Positions 24,099-38,465 of a stretch of 64,000 nucleotides of DNA are shown here, in pieces; within the stretch, counting starts at the first letter, position 1, and every line of letters starts with the position of its first letter. The notes beneath the pieces were generated by a model. It was not told the origin of the DNA. It worked only from the letters and a program-made list of their open reading frames with translations, and did no database searches. The stretch is from Hemiscyllium ocellatum (Eukaryota). The position numbers and the translations under genes were made by a program. The stretch spans positions 124,001 to 188,000 of the forward strand of contig NW_026869034.1 in assembly GCF_020745735.1 (NCBI RefSeq). The letters run 5' to 3'.

Positions 24099-24405
24099 TT
24101 TAATTTCCTATAGTATATATTGGGCCATTTGGCCCTACAAGGCCACACCGATCCTGTGAAGAGCAACCCACCCAGACCCATTCCCCTACCCTATATTTAC
24201 CCCTGAGTAATGCACCTAACACCATGACAATATAGCACGACCAGTTCACCTGACGGGCACATCCTTGAATTGTGGGAGGATTCCCACGCAGCCAAAGTAG
24301 AAACTGTGTAAACTCCACAGAGACAGTCACCCGAGGCTGAAACCGAACCCCGGTACCTGGATCTGTGAGGCAGCAGTGCGCAACACAAATCCACCACTCT
24401 GCGCA
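24099..24405 (-). mobile_element. HE1/V-SINE-like element
   Basis: Reverse complement has the same head, core and tail as 23481-23833, and forms an inverted pair with it. Confidence 0.8.
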
Positions 24406-27400
24406 CATTTACTTAGCCACTCAGTTAAAGCGGGCAACTCCAGAGAGAAGCATGTTTTCAATTCACACTTTTTTAAAAAAAAACATTTTCGTACATGAAA
24501 AGCTGCTAACAAGAAAATGAATTTGCCCTAATTTCTTCAACAGACATGCATTTCCACACTGTAATGCAGGACTAACGTCATGCAGTTCATGTAAAATCTC
24601 CACAGTTCAAGAAATGCTTTCAGATATGTAAAAACTATTTGGAGTATTATCCATTTCCTCCGGAGCTTTGCATTAATTGTTGACATATCTCACCATTGCT
24701 AATTACAACGACTTATTAAGTTTATTAACTCAGTGATTATCTATGTTCATTGTGAACACGTTCTCGTTTGCATTAATCCTTTGGTTAGTTCCTCTGATGA
24801 ATGTTCAATTGCAGTGAATACATTGGATGTGAGGAATTGAGCAGATATATCTGCTAACATACGGATTGTTGTACATTTCGTTTCAGTGTTATCTCCGACT
24901 AACTTGTCAACGGGTCCTGACCATTTGTAAATTGTCTGGTTTGGGTACCTGAATTTTCGATAGTTCAATTTTATCTTGCTCTTCAAATCGACTTTTATCT
25001 GCCAGAACTGCAATATTTGATTGGGTGCCTCAGAAATGAGTGCCGTGGCTAAGTTATTCCAATCAGAACGAATACCACAGTAACAAAAGGCAGGCAGATT
25101 CCAAATGTTTTGATATTGGTTCTTGGCAATAAGGGATACTTGATTGAGCGATGAAGAGGGAAACATGCTGATTATTTCCTTTTGTGCCTCAGTTGGTCAT
25201 GGACATGTAGCACAATGTAGAATCAAAAAATATTTTGCATCTTACTATTTGAAAACCTATTAGCGTTTAATATCACTGGCAACGGTCATAATGCATTTCA
25301 AAACATTTTCATCTATATCAAACTAAGTAGACCACGTGGGGCAGCAACATTCATAGGGGTTCTAGGGAAGGGAGTTCTAGGTTAAAATCCAGTGTCAGTG
25401 AATTGATGGTAATGTAATCCCACTTTTTATTCCTCAGAGAATTTGGACAATTCGGAGCTGCTGTCAAAGTATTCTTTGATAATTGTTGCAATGTTACTTT
25501 CGTGTACAAACTTTCTGGAACAATCCCTTGTTGTTGGAAAGTATCAATACTTAACATCGTGTATGTACTGTCAAACAGGTGGGCTGTCTTCTCTGAGATA
25601 GTGTGAAGCTCATTGTGTTCAGGTCTGCTGTGATATTATTGTAGTGTGCCTGACTCCATGGCAAGCGGCCTGTGTTCACTTACAGCCTGGTTGAGAAGTA
25701 TAAAATACCAACTCTTATCCGGTTAATTCTGGGCAAAAAAGCAGATTGAGTTGTTAGTGTGTTTGTTGGAGTTCCACTCACAGAGGCAGGTGAAATCTAT
25801 TTCATCTCTGTCCTGACTTGTATCTCTTAGATATTAAACAAAACTTTGGCGTTTAGCAGCTTTTTCGAGATCAATATTTGTTCACAAGATTTTGAGCACA
25901 TCTAGCTGGGGTTAATCGAGTAAGTCCTTTAATAATTCCCAGCTTTATAACTGCTGTTCAAATAATATCACGTATAACTAATCCAGAATGTATTGTTTTG
26001 AAGCATAATTGATGAGATTATGCCTAGGTTGTTTTACTTTATATTAAACTGGTGCTGTGGCTGAATATGATTGTTCAGTACAATGGGGGTTCCGCTGATT
26101 CCAACACTTGCATCATATGGTGATAGCTTTTCAAGTGGTCTTCAATTGTTATCTCGGCTCATCCACTACCTCTGCTAAGAATGCTTTTCTCACTGCAGTC
26201 AAGCAAACGAAACCGCTGTCTAACTCAACAGGTGTGAGTTCTTGTGCCAATAGCATGAAAACAATTTCCTGAAGCGGGAGGGGATGGGGTAGGCGGGTGA
26301 GGGGTGTCTCTCGACGTGAAACGTTAACCTCGCTTTCTCTCCACAGGAGCTGCCAGACCTGCTGAGTTTCTTCAGAAATTTCTGTCTTTATTTTAGTTTT
26401 CTAGTATTCCAAGTTTTTTGATTCATTTCTAAAAATGTTCTGTTCGATTAAACAAGTTCTTCAGAGAGAAAATGCACTTAAACAAATTGAGAATGTTCAG
26501 AGATATTTATTATCAGAGAATCATGTTTTACAAGAAAGCATCATGAAGTAACAGCACACTCCAGAGTGCAGTGCCTGCTGTATTTGGGTGGGAGTTATTT
26601 TGATCAGTCAAGTAGTGAATGTCAGTGCTCCCATTCCAAATACCTGTAATCAACAGAATTACTTTTTAAAGAATGTGTGAAACAATTAATTTGCTAAAAT
26701 ATTTTAATACAAATTGTTCACCGCCAGTGCTAACCTAACGACTGACACATGATAGGGATGGGGAGGAGGACAGCACTAAGCCCTCGAGCTGATCCACCAC
26801 TTACTTATATCATGGTGCATCTGCGCACTAACTGCAGACGCCTCTCTTTGGCTAAAACTCTTTACTACCGTTGTTTTGCAAGCAAAATCTATCCCAAATT
26901 TAATGGTTCGACTGCCCATAACAAAGGAAGACACCGTTTTTGAAAGGCATTTCTGTGAGTATTTAAAGGGACACAATGAGGCTGTAACATCCCAGTCTCG
27001 TATTCCACTAATGGTACTTCTTTATTCCAGGAAAGCATAATGTGTGATTGCCGTGCTAAAAATGAGGGAATCCTCATTTCCATTATATGATTACGAAATA
27101 GCTCTGTTAGTTGAGTGAAAACGCAGTCAAACCACACAGAATTAAACCATTCAACATGTCATCTTGTGTGGGCACGCAAGTGCCTCAAATACTTTTCAAT
27201 TCTTCCGGCGGACAGGTGTGGAAGTATCAAACTTTTATATCGCATTGAAAAACCAGTTGTCCTCAGCATACTTGAATTGCTGAAGCTCGTGTGGTATTAG
27301 CATTCACAGCACTGTTAGAAAGTGAGTCCCATGGCTGTGATTGAGGAAAAGTAAAACGGCAGGGAAATAGTTGCAAGTCAAGGTGGAGTCTAATTTGGAG

Positions 27401-28056
27401 GTAATCATTCAGATGAAGCATTTTCAAGCATGCACGCCCTTATCCTCAAAGATCACAATTTTGAAACATGTTGCCAGGGACATGTTAGAATACAAATTAG
27501 AAGCTGAATTAGGCACCTCGATCACTTTAGAATGCTATTGCATTCATGGGATCATCATAAATCCTGCTGCTCACCAGTCTTTCCAACACCCGATAAAATT
27601 GAGCCCGATTCTTTACTGTTCAATGAACGAATGGTGAACCATTGGAATTCTCCGCCACTAAATTGCTTGAGGTTAAAACATTAAGTGATTTCAAGAAGGA
27701 GATAGATTCCTTCAATTCTGAAGATATACTACGAGTATGTGGAAAAAAAGACAAACAGGGTACAATATCAGTTGAAAGTCATGAGAACGACGAATGGGGC
27801 ATGGTTTGTAAATTTGCACATGAAACCAAAATTGGTGCTATAATTGGCAATGAACGTTATCTAAAAGAGATCGTGATCAATTGGGCAATTGGGCAAATGG
27901 GCTGAAGAGTTGCAATTGGAGTATAGATTAAATGAAAACGACCTTTAAAGAAGATAAAGCAGGTCACAACTTGCAGAGATAATTGTAGGGCACTGGGTCG
28001 TGTTGTCCAACAGAGAGACCTGGGAGTTCAGAAGCATCGATTCTTACAGCGTCATA

Positions 28057-29900
28057 TAGTCATAGAGATGTAGAGCAAGGAAATAGACTCTTTGTTCCAA
28101 CTCGTCCATGCCGACCAGACATCCCACCCCAATCTAGTCCCACCTGCCAGCACATGGCCCATATCCCTCCAAACACTTCATATTCATATAGCCATCCAAA
28201 TGCCTCTTAAATGTTGCAATTGTACCAGTCTCCACCACTTGCTCTGGCATCTCATTCCATACACGTACTACCTTCTGTGTGAAAAAGTTGTCCCTTATGT
28301 CTTTTTGTGTCTTTCCCCCTCACCCTAAACCTATTCCCTCTAGTTCTGGACTCCCCGAACCCAGGAGAAAATAAACTTTGCCTATTTACTCTAACCATGT
28401 CCCTCAGGATTTTCTAAACCTGTATAAGTTCAAGCACTAAGTCTCTGAAGTTGCAGGGAAAACAGCCCCAGCCTGTCCAGCTTCACCCTCTAGCTCACAT
28501 CCACCAATCCTGGCAACATGCTTGTTAAATCTTTTCTGAACCCTTTCAAGTTCCACATCATCTTTTCGATAATAAGGAGACCAGAATTGCACACAATGTT
28601 CCGACAGTGGCCAAAACAATGTCCTATACAGCCACAACATGTCCTCCCAACTCCTGCATTCAATACTCTGACCAATAAAGGAAAGCATAACAAACGCCTT
28701 CTTCACGATTCAATCTACCTGCGACTAGACTTTCAAGGAGGTATTAATGTGCACTCCAAGTTCTCTATGTTCAGCTACACTCCCTCGGACCTGACCATTA
28801 AGTGTAGAATTTCTGCTAAGATTTGCTTTCATAAAATGCAGCACCTCGCATTTATCTGAATTAAACTCCATCTGCCACTTCTCAACTCATTGGCCTATCT
28901 GGTCAACGACCTGTTGTTTAATGAGATAACCCTCTCCGTTGTCCTCTACACCTCCAATTTGGTGTCATCAACAAACTTACTAACTGTACCCCTTATGCTG
29001 GCATCCAAACCAATTATGTAAATGACAAGAAGTAGAGGCCCCAGTACCGATCCTTGTGGCACTCAACTGGGAACTGGCCTCAAGTCTGAAAAACAACTCT
29101 CCACCAAGACCCTCTATCTTCTACCTTTGAGCAAGTTCTGTATCCAAATGCTGAGTTCTCCCTGTATTCCGTGAGAGCTAACCTTGTTAATCAGTATCAC
29201 ATGGGGAACCTTGTCAAACGCCTGCCTGAAGTCCATATAGATCACATCTACCACTCTGCCCTCATAAATCCTTTTTGGTACTTCCTCAAAAAACTCAGTC
29301 AAGTTTGTGAGGCAGGCTTTCCCATACACAACATCATGTTGACTATCCCTAATCAGTCCTTGCTTTTCCAAATCCAGGTACAGCCTGTCCCTCAGGATTC
29401 CCTCCAGCAACTTACCCACAACCTACGTCAGACTCACTGGTCTATAGTTCTATGGAATTTCCTCCATAAAAAGTGGCAGCACGATAGCCAACCTCCCGTC
29501 ATCCGGCTCTTCACCTGTAACTATCGTTGATACAAATATCTCATCAAGGGTCCCACAATCACTTCTCTAGATTCCCACAGAGTTTTAAGCTACACCTGAT
29601 CAGGTCATGTGGATATATCCATCTTTACCCGTTTCAAGATATCTAGCAATGTCTTTAATAACATGGACATTTTACAAGATGTCACTATGCATTTCCCTAT
29701 GTCTTTATCTTCAATATCCTTTTTTACAGTAAATATTGACGCAAAATACTCTCGCCATTTTCTGCGGCTCAACACAAAAGCCACCATGTTGATCATTGAG
29801 GGGCCCTATTCTCTCCCTCGTTACTTTTTTGTCCGTAATGTAATTTTAAAAACTCTTCTGATTCTCCTTAATTCTATTTGCCAAAGCTGTCTCATGTCCC
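28057..29900 (-). mobile_element. CR1-type LINE, 5'-truncated, decayed RT and 3' UTR
   Basis: Minus ORFs GKLLEGILRD...LIRDSQH...CLTNLTEFFEEV...VDVIYMDFRQAFDKVPH and LYRTL..PLSEHCVQFWSPYYRKDDVELERVQKRF; terminal (CTATGA) repeats at 28057. Confidence 0.92.
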
Positions 29901-29959
29901 CTTTTTGCACTCCTGATATCCCTCTTAAGTATACTCCTACTTCCTTTATACTCTCACTG

Positions 29960-30350
29960 GGTAGTAATGTTGAATACAGGGACCAGGGGGTTCAGATACA
30001 TAAATTCTTGAAAACATTGCCTCAAGTAGACAGTGTGTTGAAGGTTTGGCACATGCTCCTTCATTGGTCAGAGCATTGAGTGCAGGAGTTGAATCTTCTT
30101 TCTGTAACATGTACCAGACATTGGAATGAAATGCCAGAGGAAGTGGTAAATGCAGAGACAGGTACAACACTTACAAGACATTTGCACAGGTATAGGAATT
30201 GGATAGGTTCTGATGGATGTGTGCTAATAGCAGACAAATGGAATTAGTTTAATTTGAAAACTCTGGTCAGCATGGACAAACTGTACTCTGACCAATAAAG
30301 GAAAGCATAACAAAGGAAATGTTCTGTGCTATGTGGCTTTATGACTCTAT
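29960..30350 (+). mobile_element. CR1-type LINE 3' fragment
   Basis: TGGAATGAAATGCCAGAGGAAGTGGTAAATGCAG...CATGGAC...TATGACTCTATG. Confidence 0.7.
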
Positions 30351-30454
30351 GGCTTCATTGTGCAGTTTGCTCAACGTTGGTAAGCAAGTGAGGGGATAGA
30401 TTGGGAGTATGAGATTGTTTGAGTTAGTAGGCTTTGGCTGGCCATTTACCAGTA

Positions 30455-30640
30455 CGGAAAATTTAGCATTGCCAATTCACCTATCTGCATATTATTGGAT
30501 TGGGGGAGGAAACCGGAAGAAACCCACGCAAACACGGGCAGAATGTGCAAACACCACACAGAGTCGCCTGAGGTGGGAATTGACCCCGGGTCTCTGACGC
30601 TGCGAGGCAGCAGTGCTCACCACTATGCCACCGTGCTGCC
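30455..30640 (-). mobile_element. HE1/V-SINE-like element (5' part)
   Basis: Reverse complement GGCAGCACGGTGGCATAGTGGTGAGCACTGCTGCCTCGCAGC...GTGTGGTGTTTGCACATTCTGCCCG. Confidence 0.8.
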
Positions 30641-31065
30641 CACAGTTTCGTCAAATTGTGCTTGGTAAATGAGGGACCGTTTGAGTTGAAATACAGGAGG
30701 TCTATCTTTGCCAAGCTTGTTAGCGGAGAGATCAGCAGAGTGCCACGCTGCTGATTGGAGAGGTGTGCAGGATGCCAGGCTCTTTCGAGAGCAGAAGGTC
30801 ACTGTAATGCAGTGGCAGGTGGACTTGATGTCAAAATGCAAAGCTCAGAGTCTGGAGACATGGAATGAGGTAAAGGACAAATGCGAAAGGAGCTAGGATA
30901 CAGTGTGCACACGTTGACTTGGATAAGATGAGAGATCAGTGACCAAGGGCTGAGGTCATGCCTGGGTAGTGGGGTTCTGACAGAGGTTGTAAAAATGAGG
31001 GTGCCATGTCCAGTCAGGGCCAAATTCAACATGGACAGACGCAGGGTGGCAGCAGTGGAATTACA

Positions 31066-32170
31066 GGGTCATATAGATGTACAGCATGGAAACAGACCCT
31101 TCGGGCCACCAAACCATGCCGACCAGATATCCCAACCCAATCTAGTCCCACCTGCCAGCACCCGACCCATATTCCTCCAAACCCTTCCTATTCATACACC
31201 CATTAAAATTTCTCTTAAATGTTGAAATTGTAACTGCCTCCACAAATTCCTCTGGCAGCTAATTCCATTCATGGATCACTCTCTCCATGAAAAAATCCCC
31301 CCTTTGGTCTCTTTTACATCTTAGCCCTCTCACGTTAAACCTATGCACTCTTGTTCTGGATTCCCTGAAACAAAGGAAAAGACGTTGTCTATTTATCCTA
31401 TCCATGCCCCTCATAATTATGTAAACCTCTGGGATTGACATTATGTATCAATCTAGAATGTAGAACATGGAACATTAGACTGCAGTACAGTCCCTTCAAG
31501 CGTCTATTTCATGCCAACCTGTGAAACCAATCTGAAACCTTTTATCCTCCACTATTTCATTTTCATCCATATGTTCATCCAATGACATTTCACATGTCCT
31601 CAAATTTCACACATATACTATTGTTGAGACAGTGCCGTCCACACCCTTACTACTCTCTGATTAAAGAAACTACTTCTGACACCTGTCCTCTACCTATCAG
31701 CCTTCAATTTAGGGCTATGTCCCCTCCTGCTAGCCATCATCATCCAAGGAAAAATACTCTCTCTGCTTACCCTATCTAACCCTCTGATTATCGTATATCT
31801 CTCAATTAAGTTACCTCTCAAACTTCTCCACTCAAACAAAAACAGCCTCAAGAACCTCATGCTTTCCTCATAAAACCTTCCCGCCACAGGAGGCAACATC
31901 ATGCTTTTGAAACACAGTCCCTCTACTAATGAAAGCCAACTCAATGTATGCCTTCTTAGCAATCCTATCAACCTGACTGGCTCTATATACATGGACACCG
32001 AGGTCTCTCTGCTCATCGACATGACCGATATGGATTGTCTTGGATGTGTTTCTTGTGATAGGGGTGGTGTATTCCGGGGATGAATGGGTGAGTAACCGGA
32101 AGGATTTGGCAATGTGAGTGGAAATTTAGGTCTAGACAGCGAGGGAGAGCAGGGCTCAGTCTGAGACATG
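31066..32170 (-). mobile_element. Stacked CR1-type LINE 3' fragments
   Basis: Minus ORFs YIIMRGMDRINRQRLF...RGDFFMERVIHEWN and LRGNLIERYTIIRGLDRVSRESIFP...RRGHSPKL. Confidence 0.75.
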
Positions 32171-32609
32171 ATGGTTTTGGTGGTGAACTGCGTGTCAGTT
32201 TGAAATGTATTAAAGTTAAAGAGTACTTGTTAATTTTTCAAATCATATTTACGTAAATAGTCAACTCAGTTAGTTGTAACCCTTCAAAGCCTTTGAACCC
32301 TAATGCTCTTCCATTTTTCAGAGTCCTCCAGAATTCAGATAATTTTAAATTAGAAGTTTCAACTTTCAGACAATTGACATGAGTCCAGCTATGATAGACT
32401 TCCTCCAAGTCCCAGTGCTCAGCTCCTGCCCATGCTGCTGCTGCAGTGACCATCTTTCCTGAGAGAACATTCTGCCTTGATAAATGAGAAAGAGTCACTG
32501 GACCTGAACTGTTCACTCTGATTTCTTTCTAGAAATACTGCCAGCTGTTGGATTTTTCCAGCAATATCTGATTTCGTTTCTGATTTCATGCAGCACGGTA
32601 CCTAGTCGG

Positions 32610-32968
32610 GTGGCACACTGTTTCCGTGGTTAGCATTGCTACAACAAAGCACTTGGGACTCGGGTTCTATTCCATCCTCGGGTGACTGTCTGTGTGGAGT
32701 TTTCACATTCTCTCTGTGGCTGTGTGGGTTTGTTTGAAAGGTCTATAGATGTGCAAGCTGGGTAAATTAGCCATGCTGTGTTCAGGGAGAAAGTGAGGTC
32801 CGCAGTTTCAGCATTCTGTGTTCAGGGATTGGCATGTTAGGTCCATTAGTCAGAGTTAAATGTAGAGTATTAGGGTAGAGCAATGAGCCTGGATGGTTAC
32901 TTTTCAGAGTGTTGGTGTGGATATGTTGGGCCAAATGGCCTGTTTGCACACACTGTAGAATTTTGATG
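32610..32968 (+). mobile_element. HE1/V-SINE-like element
   Basis: GGTGGCACACTG...GTGGTTAGCA...GTCTGTGTGGAGTTTTCACATTCTC...GGGCCAAATGGCCTGTTTGCACAC. Confidence 0.78.
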
Positions 32969-33310
32969 AATCCGCATTTCCTTGGTTTGTATTTTGTAAA
33001 ACCTCTCTGCTCTTCACTTGCAACCCAGTGAAAGTGTCAGTTGGTAAGATTTTAAAACAGTTACTGGGGTGGGATCAGCATGTTCTTCTTCCTAAATTAT
33101 ATGGTAATGGTAAAGATAGAGGGCATGTTTATGAAGAGGAAACATATAGATCATGATCAACATCTGTTAAGAAGTAAAAATAAACTCCAGTTATACTGTG
33201 GACTTCAGCAGGAGGATGCTGGAAAACGTTTACAAATGAAGATGCATTTGAGTAACTGATATGGACAAATTAACAGAAACTAATGTGCTCAATTGATCTT
33301 TCTATCGTAG

Positions 33311-33616
33311 AGATACCGTCTCCCCCAACGCTTTATGGCCTGGTCTCCTCCTGTGAGGACCACAACACCGGTTCTCCGATCTTTGGTTGTTTGGCAATGG
33401 ACTATTACCCTGATGTAACCAAGGTAACCTGGAAGAAAGGTGGGGAGTTAATCACGACTGGATTGAAGACTTACCGATCAGTAAGAAACAAGAGTGGAAC
33501 CTATACCCAGAGCAGCCAGTTAACCCTGCCCGGGTCAGCAGTAGGTTGCCCCACCAAAATCTACTGTGAGGTTCAACACAACGGGTCACACAAGAGCAAA
33601 GAAATGCCATGTCCAG
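33311..33616 (+). CDS. IgW: IgW heavy-chain CH1 exon (open frame)
   Basis: Acceptor tatcgtag|AG, donor CCAG|gtaagt. [55 protein letters not shown]...[20 protein letters not shown] and ITTGLKTY match recalled shark IgW CH1, not Cmu1 or IgNAR C1. Confidence 0.9.
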
Positions 33617-33699
33617 GTAAGTGTTGTGGGAACTGAGATCAACAGAACATCTGTGATTAACATGAATGAGGCATTATTGATAACCATTCTCACAGAAGC

Positions 33700-34830
33700 A
33701 TTTTATACAGCACAGGAAAAGGCCCGTTGGTCCATCCAGTCCACACCTAAAAATAACAGCCACCTAACTGTGCCAGTTTCATGTGCAAGCACTTGATCCG
33801 TTGCCTTGTGTGACATGCCTTTGCAAGTATGGATCTAAATATTTCATACATATTATGAGGGGCTCAATCTCTACATAACTTGTCAGCACTGAGCTCCAGA
33901 CTCACATCACCCTCTGTTTGAGATTGTTTTGACTTGAGATCCATCAAAAAACTCCTGGCCTTGCCTTCACCCTGTGCCCCTGAGGCATTGATCTCTCCCT
34001 CAAGGGGATTGTTTTTGTCCAGTTCAGCCTGCCTGGAATTACTTGAGGTATAGACATCGCAATCATCTTCTCCTTAATTCTCCTCTGCTGCAAGGATATC
34101 CCCCGTCTGTCTAATCTTTTCATAAATAAAATACTTCAACCCAGGCAAAATCCTTGCAAAGCTCATTAATGCTGCTTTCAGCGTAATCAAATTCTGTCGA
34201 TAGCATGCACACAGCACTTCAGTATGGCCTAATCAATGTGTTATTAAGTTCCAGCATCATCTCCCTACTCTTCATTGTCAATGTCTCGCCTAAAATGAAC
34301 AAGTATCCTCCCGAACTTCCTCGCCTCTTTATCCATATGACGCATTAATATAGGGGATCAGTGGATGCGAACACCAATGGCCCTCAGCTATTTCCAGTTT
34401 TCCACCATTCAAAACGTAATACCTCGCAGTTTCTTCTGCCGCAGTGCAATACTTTACTCTTATCTAGAATGATTTCCATTTGCAACTTCTCTTCACATAT
34501 AATCAATCCTTGTATGACGTCCTGCGCTCTAAAACTATCATGCTCATGACTTACCAACATGACAATTTTCCTTTCATCTCCGAAGTTGCTGATTAACCTT
34601 CCTACATTCCATTCTCAATCATTGGTATATAAGAGAAACAGCAAGGAAATCAGCACTGATCCCTGCAGAACATCATGAGACATAGATTTACAGTCACGCA
34701 GACACCTTATGACCATTATCCTCTGCTCCCGACCACTCAGCCAATTCTCGATCCAATTTGGAAATTTAACTCTGATCCTATTGGCTCTGATTATTGCTGT
34801 CATTTGGTCATTGATTTATCTGTCTGAAAA
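33700..34830 (-). mobile_element. Decayed CR1-type LINE fragments
   Basis: Minus ORF NWIENWLSGREQRIMV...HDVLQGSVLISLLFLLYTND (RT region). Confidence 0.65.
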
Positions 34831-36668
34831 CTACCACCAAATTGTTAAGATATGATTTTCTCTCAATAAAACCATGCTGGAAGTTGTTGATTGATCTTGC
34901 AAATGAAGACAAATTCTGCTCCTCAATAGTTCCAATAGTTTCCCTACCACTGAGACTAGCTTGAAAGATCTGCATTTTCATTGTTTATCCCTTCCTTCCT
35001 CCTGCATAACAATGCAACGTTGACTGATCTGCACTCACATGTCAGACAGTAATTCTAAACCATTGTCAGCGACACAACTATTGCATCCTTTGCATCACTC
35101 AACAGCTTGTTATATATTTCATCTGCCCTGGAAATATAAGCACGTTTCATCCAGCAAGACAACAAAGAACATCACATCGTCTGACCGAACTTTTGAAAGT
35201 ACATTACAACACTCCTCCATGATTTCTATCCCCATATTGTTTCTCTTACTGTTGAAAACTGACACAGCACATTTGTTTCGACTGCAACGTAATCCTCTGG
35301 CTCATGCCAATAATATCATCTAATGGGTATTACTGTTCCCCAAATTATTCTTTTATGAATGAACCCATAACTTATTAAAATAGTTTTATTTATTTTCACT
35401 GTTATTATTTACTCATGGTCCCTTTTCCTCTCCTAATACATTTTTTTTCTTGCAAATACCCACTTGCACATTCTGTCCTTCATTCCAATTTCTATTGTTT
35501 TGAGATTTCAGTATAGAACGGAAGTCTCCCTTGTTTCTGTTCATCTCACCCGCTATGTCCTTTTACGTTCCAGGCTCGCTGCATTCTTGGTCCCACGCTG
35601 TGGATTCATGGGAAATGTTCTCCCTGCGCTTTTCCTATTTCTTTTATTTTAAATGTGCCACAATGCTCTGATTTAGATTTACCAGGAAGTTTCAGATTCC
35701 AGTCCACTCTGGTCAAACCATTACCTTATCTTATTACCATTGTCCTTCCCCTTTCAGAACTTTGGACCCATTTCTATCCTTTTCCAGAACAATCTGGAAT
35801 CCAACAGATTGAAGATCACCATCTGCAAAGAGCTCCACCATTGATTTTTACCTACTCGATCGATTTCAATCTCTAAAGTAAAGTCCAGGTTCACCCCTCT
35901 CTTGCAAAGTCTGGATTAAAATGTTCTGTATTAAACACTAACTTAGCGAAAATATTCTCCTGGGGGCATTTTCAAAATTCTGTTCCCTCTAAATTTTTGG
36001 CAAAATGAATATCCAAGCCTACGCTGAGGAAGACAAAATCCTGTTTTCTCATTTAATTTACGTTTAAGATAATTTACGTTGCTCTGACATTTGCCCATGT
36101 ATCTGCACTTCTCAGCCATTTGGACAAAACAGTAAGGTCTATCGTGCTCTGCCAGTGGTTATGTTTGCTGTATTCTGGTTTGGAAGTACTGTTTATTTGC
36201 CTTCGTTTCTCTTTCCAGTCTAAAATACTCTTGTCAGAATTACTACAGAACGGACATTTTCGACCACTCACCCACTCCCCCATTTTTCCCATCATTCCCT
36301 GTCTCGCCTGAAGGCACTAAATTGTGGAATATTGAATAGTCACTTCTGCCCCTCTCTCAACATGTCACCATGAGAGCAATCGCATAATTTCCTCGTTTAA
36401 GCCATTAATTCATCCGCCTTGTTCATCAAACTTTTTCATTATAACGAATACCATCAAAAGTTTTTACGTCACTTCTGATTTGACCAGCCTATCATTTCTA
36501 TGCCTCTTAGATTCCCTTGCAGAGTCCTCTAATTTTAGCCCATCACATTGTCCTGCTGATCTTTCTGTGTGGATCTCAGCTTCTCTAACACTCTGCAAAT
36601 TATGATTCTGGTAATATCAGGGTTAGTATAATATATAAGATCTGTTTGCGGAGCTGGAAGTTTTTGTT

Positions 36669-36708
36669 GTGAACGTTTCGTCCCATGGCTAGGAGACATC
36701 ATCAGTGC
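36669..36708 (-). ncRNA. Degenerate hammerhead ribozyme motif in the inverted PLE arm
   Basis: Reverse complement GCA CTGATGA TGTCTCCTAGCCATGGGAC GAAAC GTT CAC; stem I pairing is lost. Confidence 0.45.
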
Positions 36709-38425
36709 TCTGGAGCCTCCTGTGAAGCGCTTCTTTGATGTTTCTTCCGGTATTTATAGTGGTCTGTCCTTGCCGCTTCCGGGTGTCAGTTTCAGCTGTC
36801 CGCTGTAGTGGTTGGTATATTGGGTCCAGGTCGGTGTGTTTGTTGATGGAGTTTATGGATGAATGCCATGCCTCTAGGAATTCCCTGGCTGTTCTCTGTC
36901 TGGCTTGCCCTATGATAGTAGTGTTTTCCGAGTAGAATTCATGTTGCTTGTTGTCTGAGTGTGTGGCTACTAGGGATAGCTGGTCGTGTCGTTTTGTGGC
37001 TAGCTGATGTTCATGGATGCGGGTTGTTAGCTGTCTTCATGTTTGTCCTATATAGTGTTTTGTGCAGTTCTTGCATGGTAGTTTGTAAACTACATTAATT
37101 TTGCTCATGTTGGGTATCGGGTCCTTTGTTCTAGTAAGTTGTTGTCTGAGCGTGGCTGTTGGTTTGTGTGCCGTTATGAGTCCTAAGGGTCGCAGTATTC
37201 TGGCTGTCAGATATGAAACGCTTCTGATGTATGGTAGTGTGGCTAGTCCTTTTGATTGTGGCATGTCCTCGTTCCGTGGTCTATCTCTTAGGCATCTGTT
37301 GATAAAGTTGCGCCTCACTACACACTTCACAGTCAACAATCAGATATACGAACAAATCAACGGAACACCCATGGGATCACCAATCTCGGGACTCATAGCA
37401 AAGGCAGTTATTCAAAGGTTAGAACAAACAACCCTACCACAAATTCAACCCAAACTCTGGGTCAGATATGTCGATGACACTTTTGTAATCATCAAAAACA
37501 CAGAAATAGAAAAAATACACCGGATCATCAACGCCACACTCACAGGAATCCGATTCACGAGAGAAGAAGAAAAGGATAGCCAACTCCCATTCGTGGACGT
37601 GTTAATACAGAGAACACTGAACGGAGAATTCACCACAAGGGTACACAGGAAAACACCACACACAGACCAAGTCCTAAATTATGAGAGTAACCACCCCATC
37701 ACGCACAAACGAAGCTGCATCAGGACACTATTCAAAAGAGCCACAACACACTGCAGTACACCAGAACTGCGAAAAGAGGAAGAGGAACACCTATAAAAGG
37801 TATTCGCCAAAAACGGATACCCGCGCAAATTTATCAAGATGCCTAAGAGATAGACCACGAAACGAGGACATGTCACAACCAAAAGGATTAGCCACACGAG
37901 CATACATCAGGAGTGTTTCATATCTGACAGCCAGACTACTGCGACCCTTAGGACTCATAACGGCACACAAATCAACAGCCATGCTCAGACAGCAACTTAC
38001 TAGAACAAAGGACCCGATACCCAACATGAGCAAAACTAATGTAGTTTACAAAATACCATGCAAGGACTGCACAAATCACTATATAGGACAAACAGGAAGA
38101 TAGCTAACAATCCGCATACATGAACATCAGCTAGCCAAAAAACGACACGACCAGCAGTCCCTAGTAGCCACACACTCAGACAACAAGCGACAAGAATTCG
38201 ACTGGGAAAATACTACTATCATAGGGCAAGCCAGACAGAGAACAGCCAGGGAATTCCTAGAGGCATGGCATTCATCCACAAACTCCATCAACAAACACAT
38301 CGACCTGGATCCAATATACCAACCACTACAGCGGACAGCTGAAACTGACACCCGGAAGCGGCAAGGTCAGACCACTATAAATACCGGAAGAAACATCAAA
38401 GAAGCGCTTCACAGGAGGCTCCAGA

Positions 38426-38465
38426 GCACTGATGATGTCTCCTAGCCAGGGGACGAAACGTTTGC
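38426..38465 (+). ncRNA. Minimal type I hammerhead ribozyme motif (PLE)
   Basis: GCA CTGATGA T GTCTCCT AGCC AGGGGAC GAAAC GTT TGC: intact core, 7-bp stem II, 3-bp stem I, GUU triplet, loopless stem III as described for PLE hammerheads. Confidence 0.65.

Noticed and set aside
23481-24405. SINE heads as tRNA genes, and the inverted SINE pair as a transposon with TIRs
   Set aside because: They are tRNA-derived SINE 5' ends attached to SINE cores and tails; two independent insertions explain the inversion.
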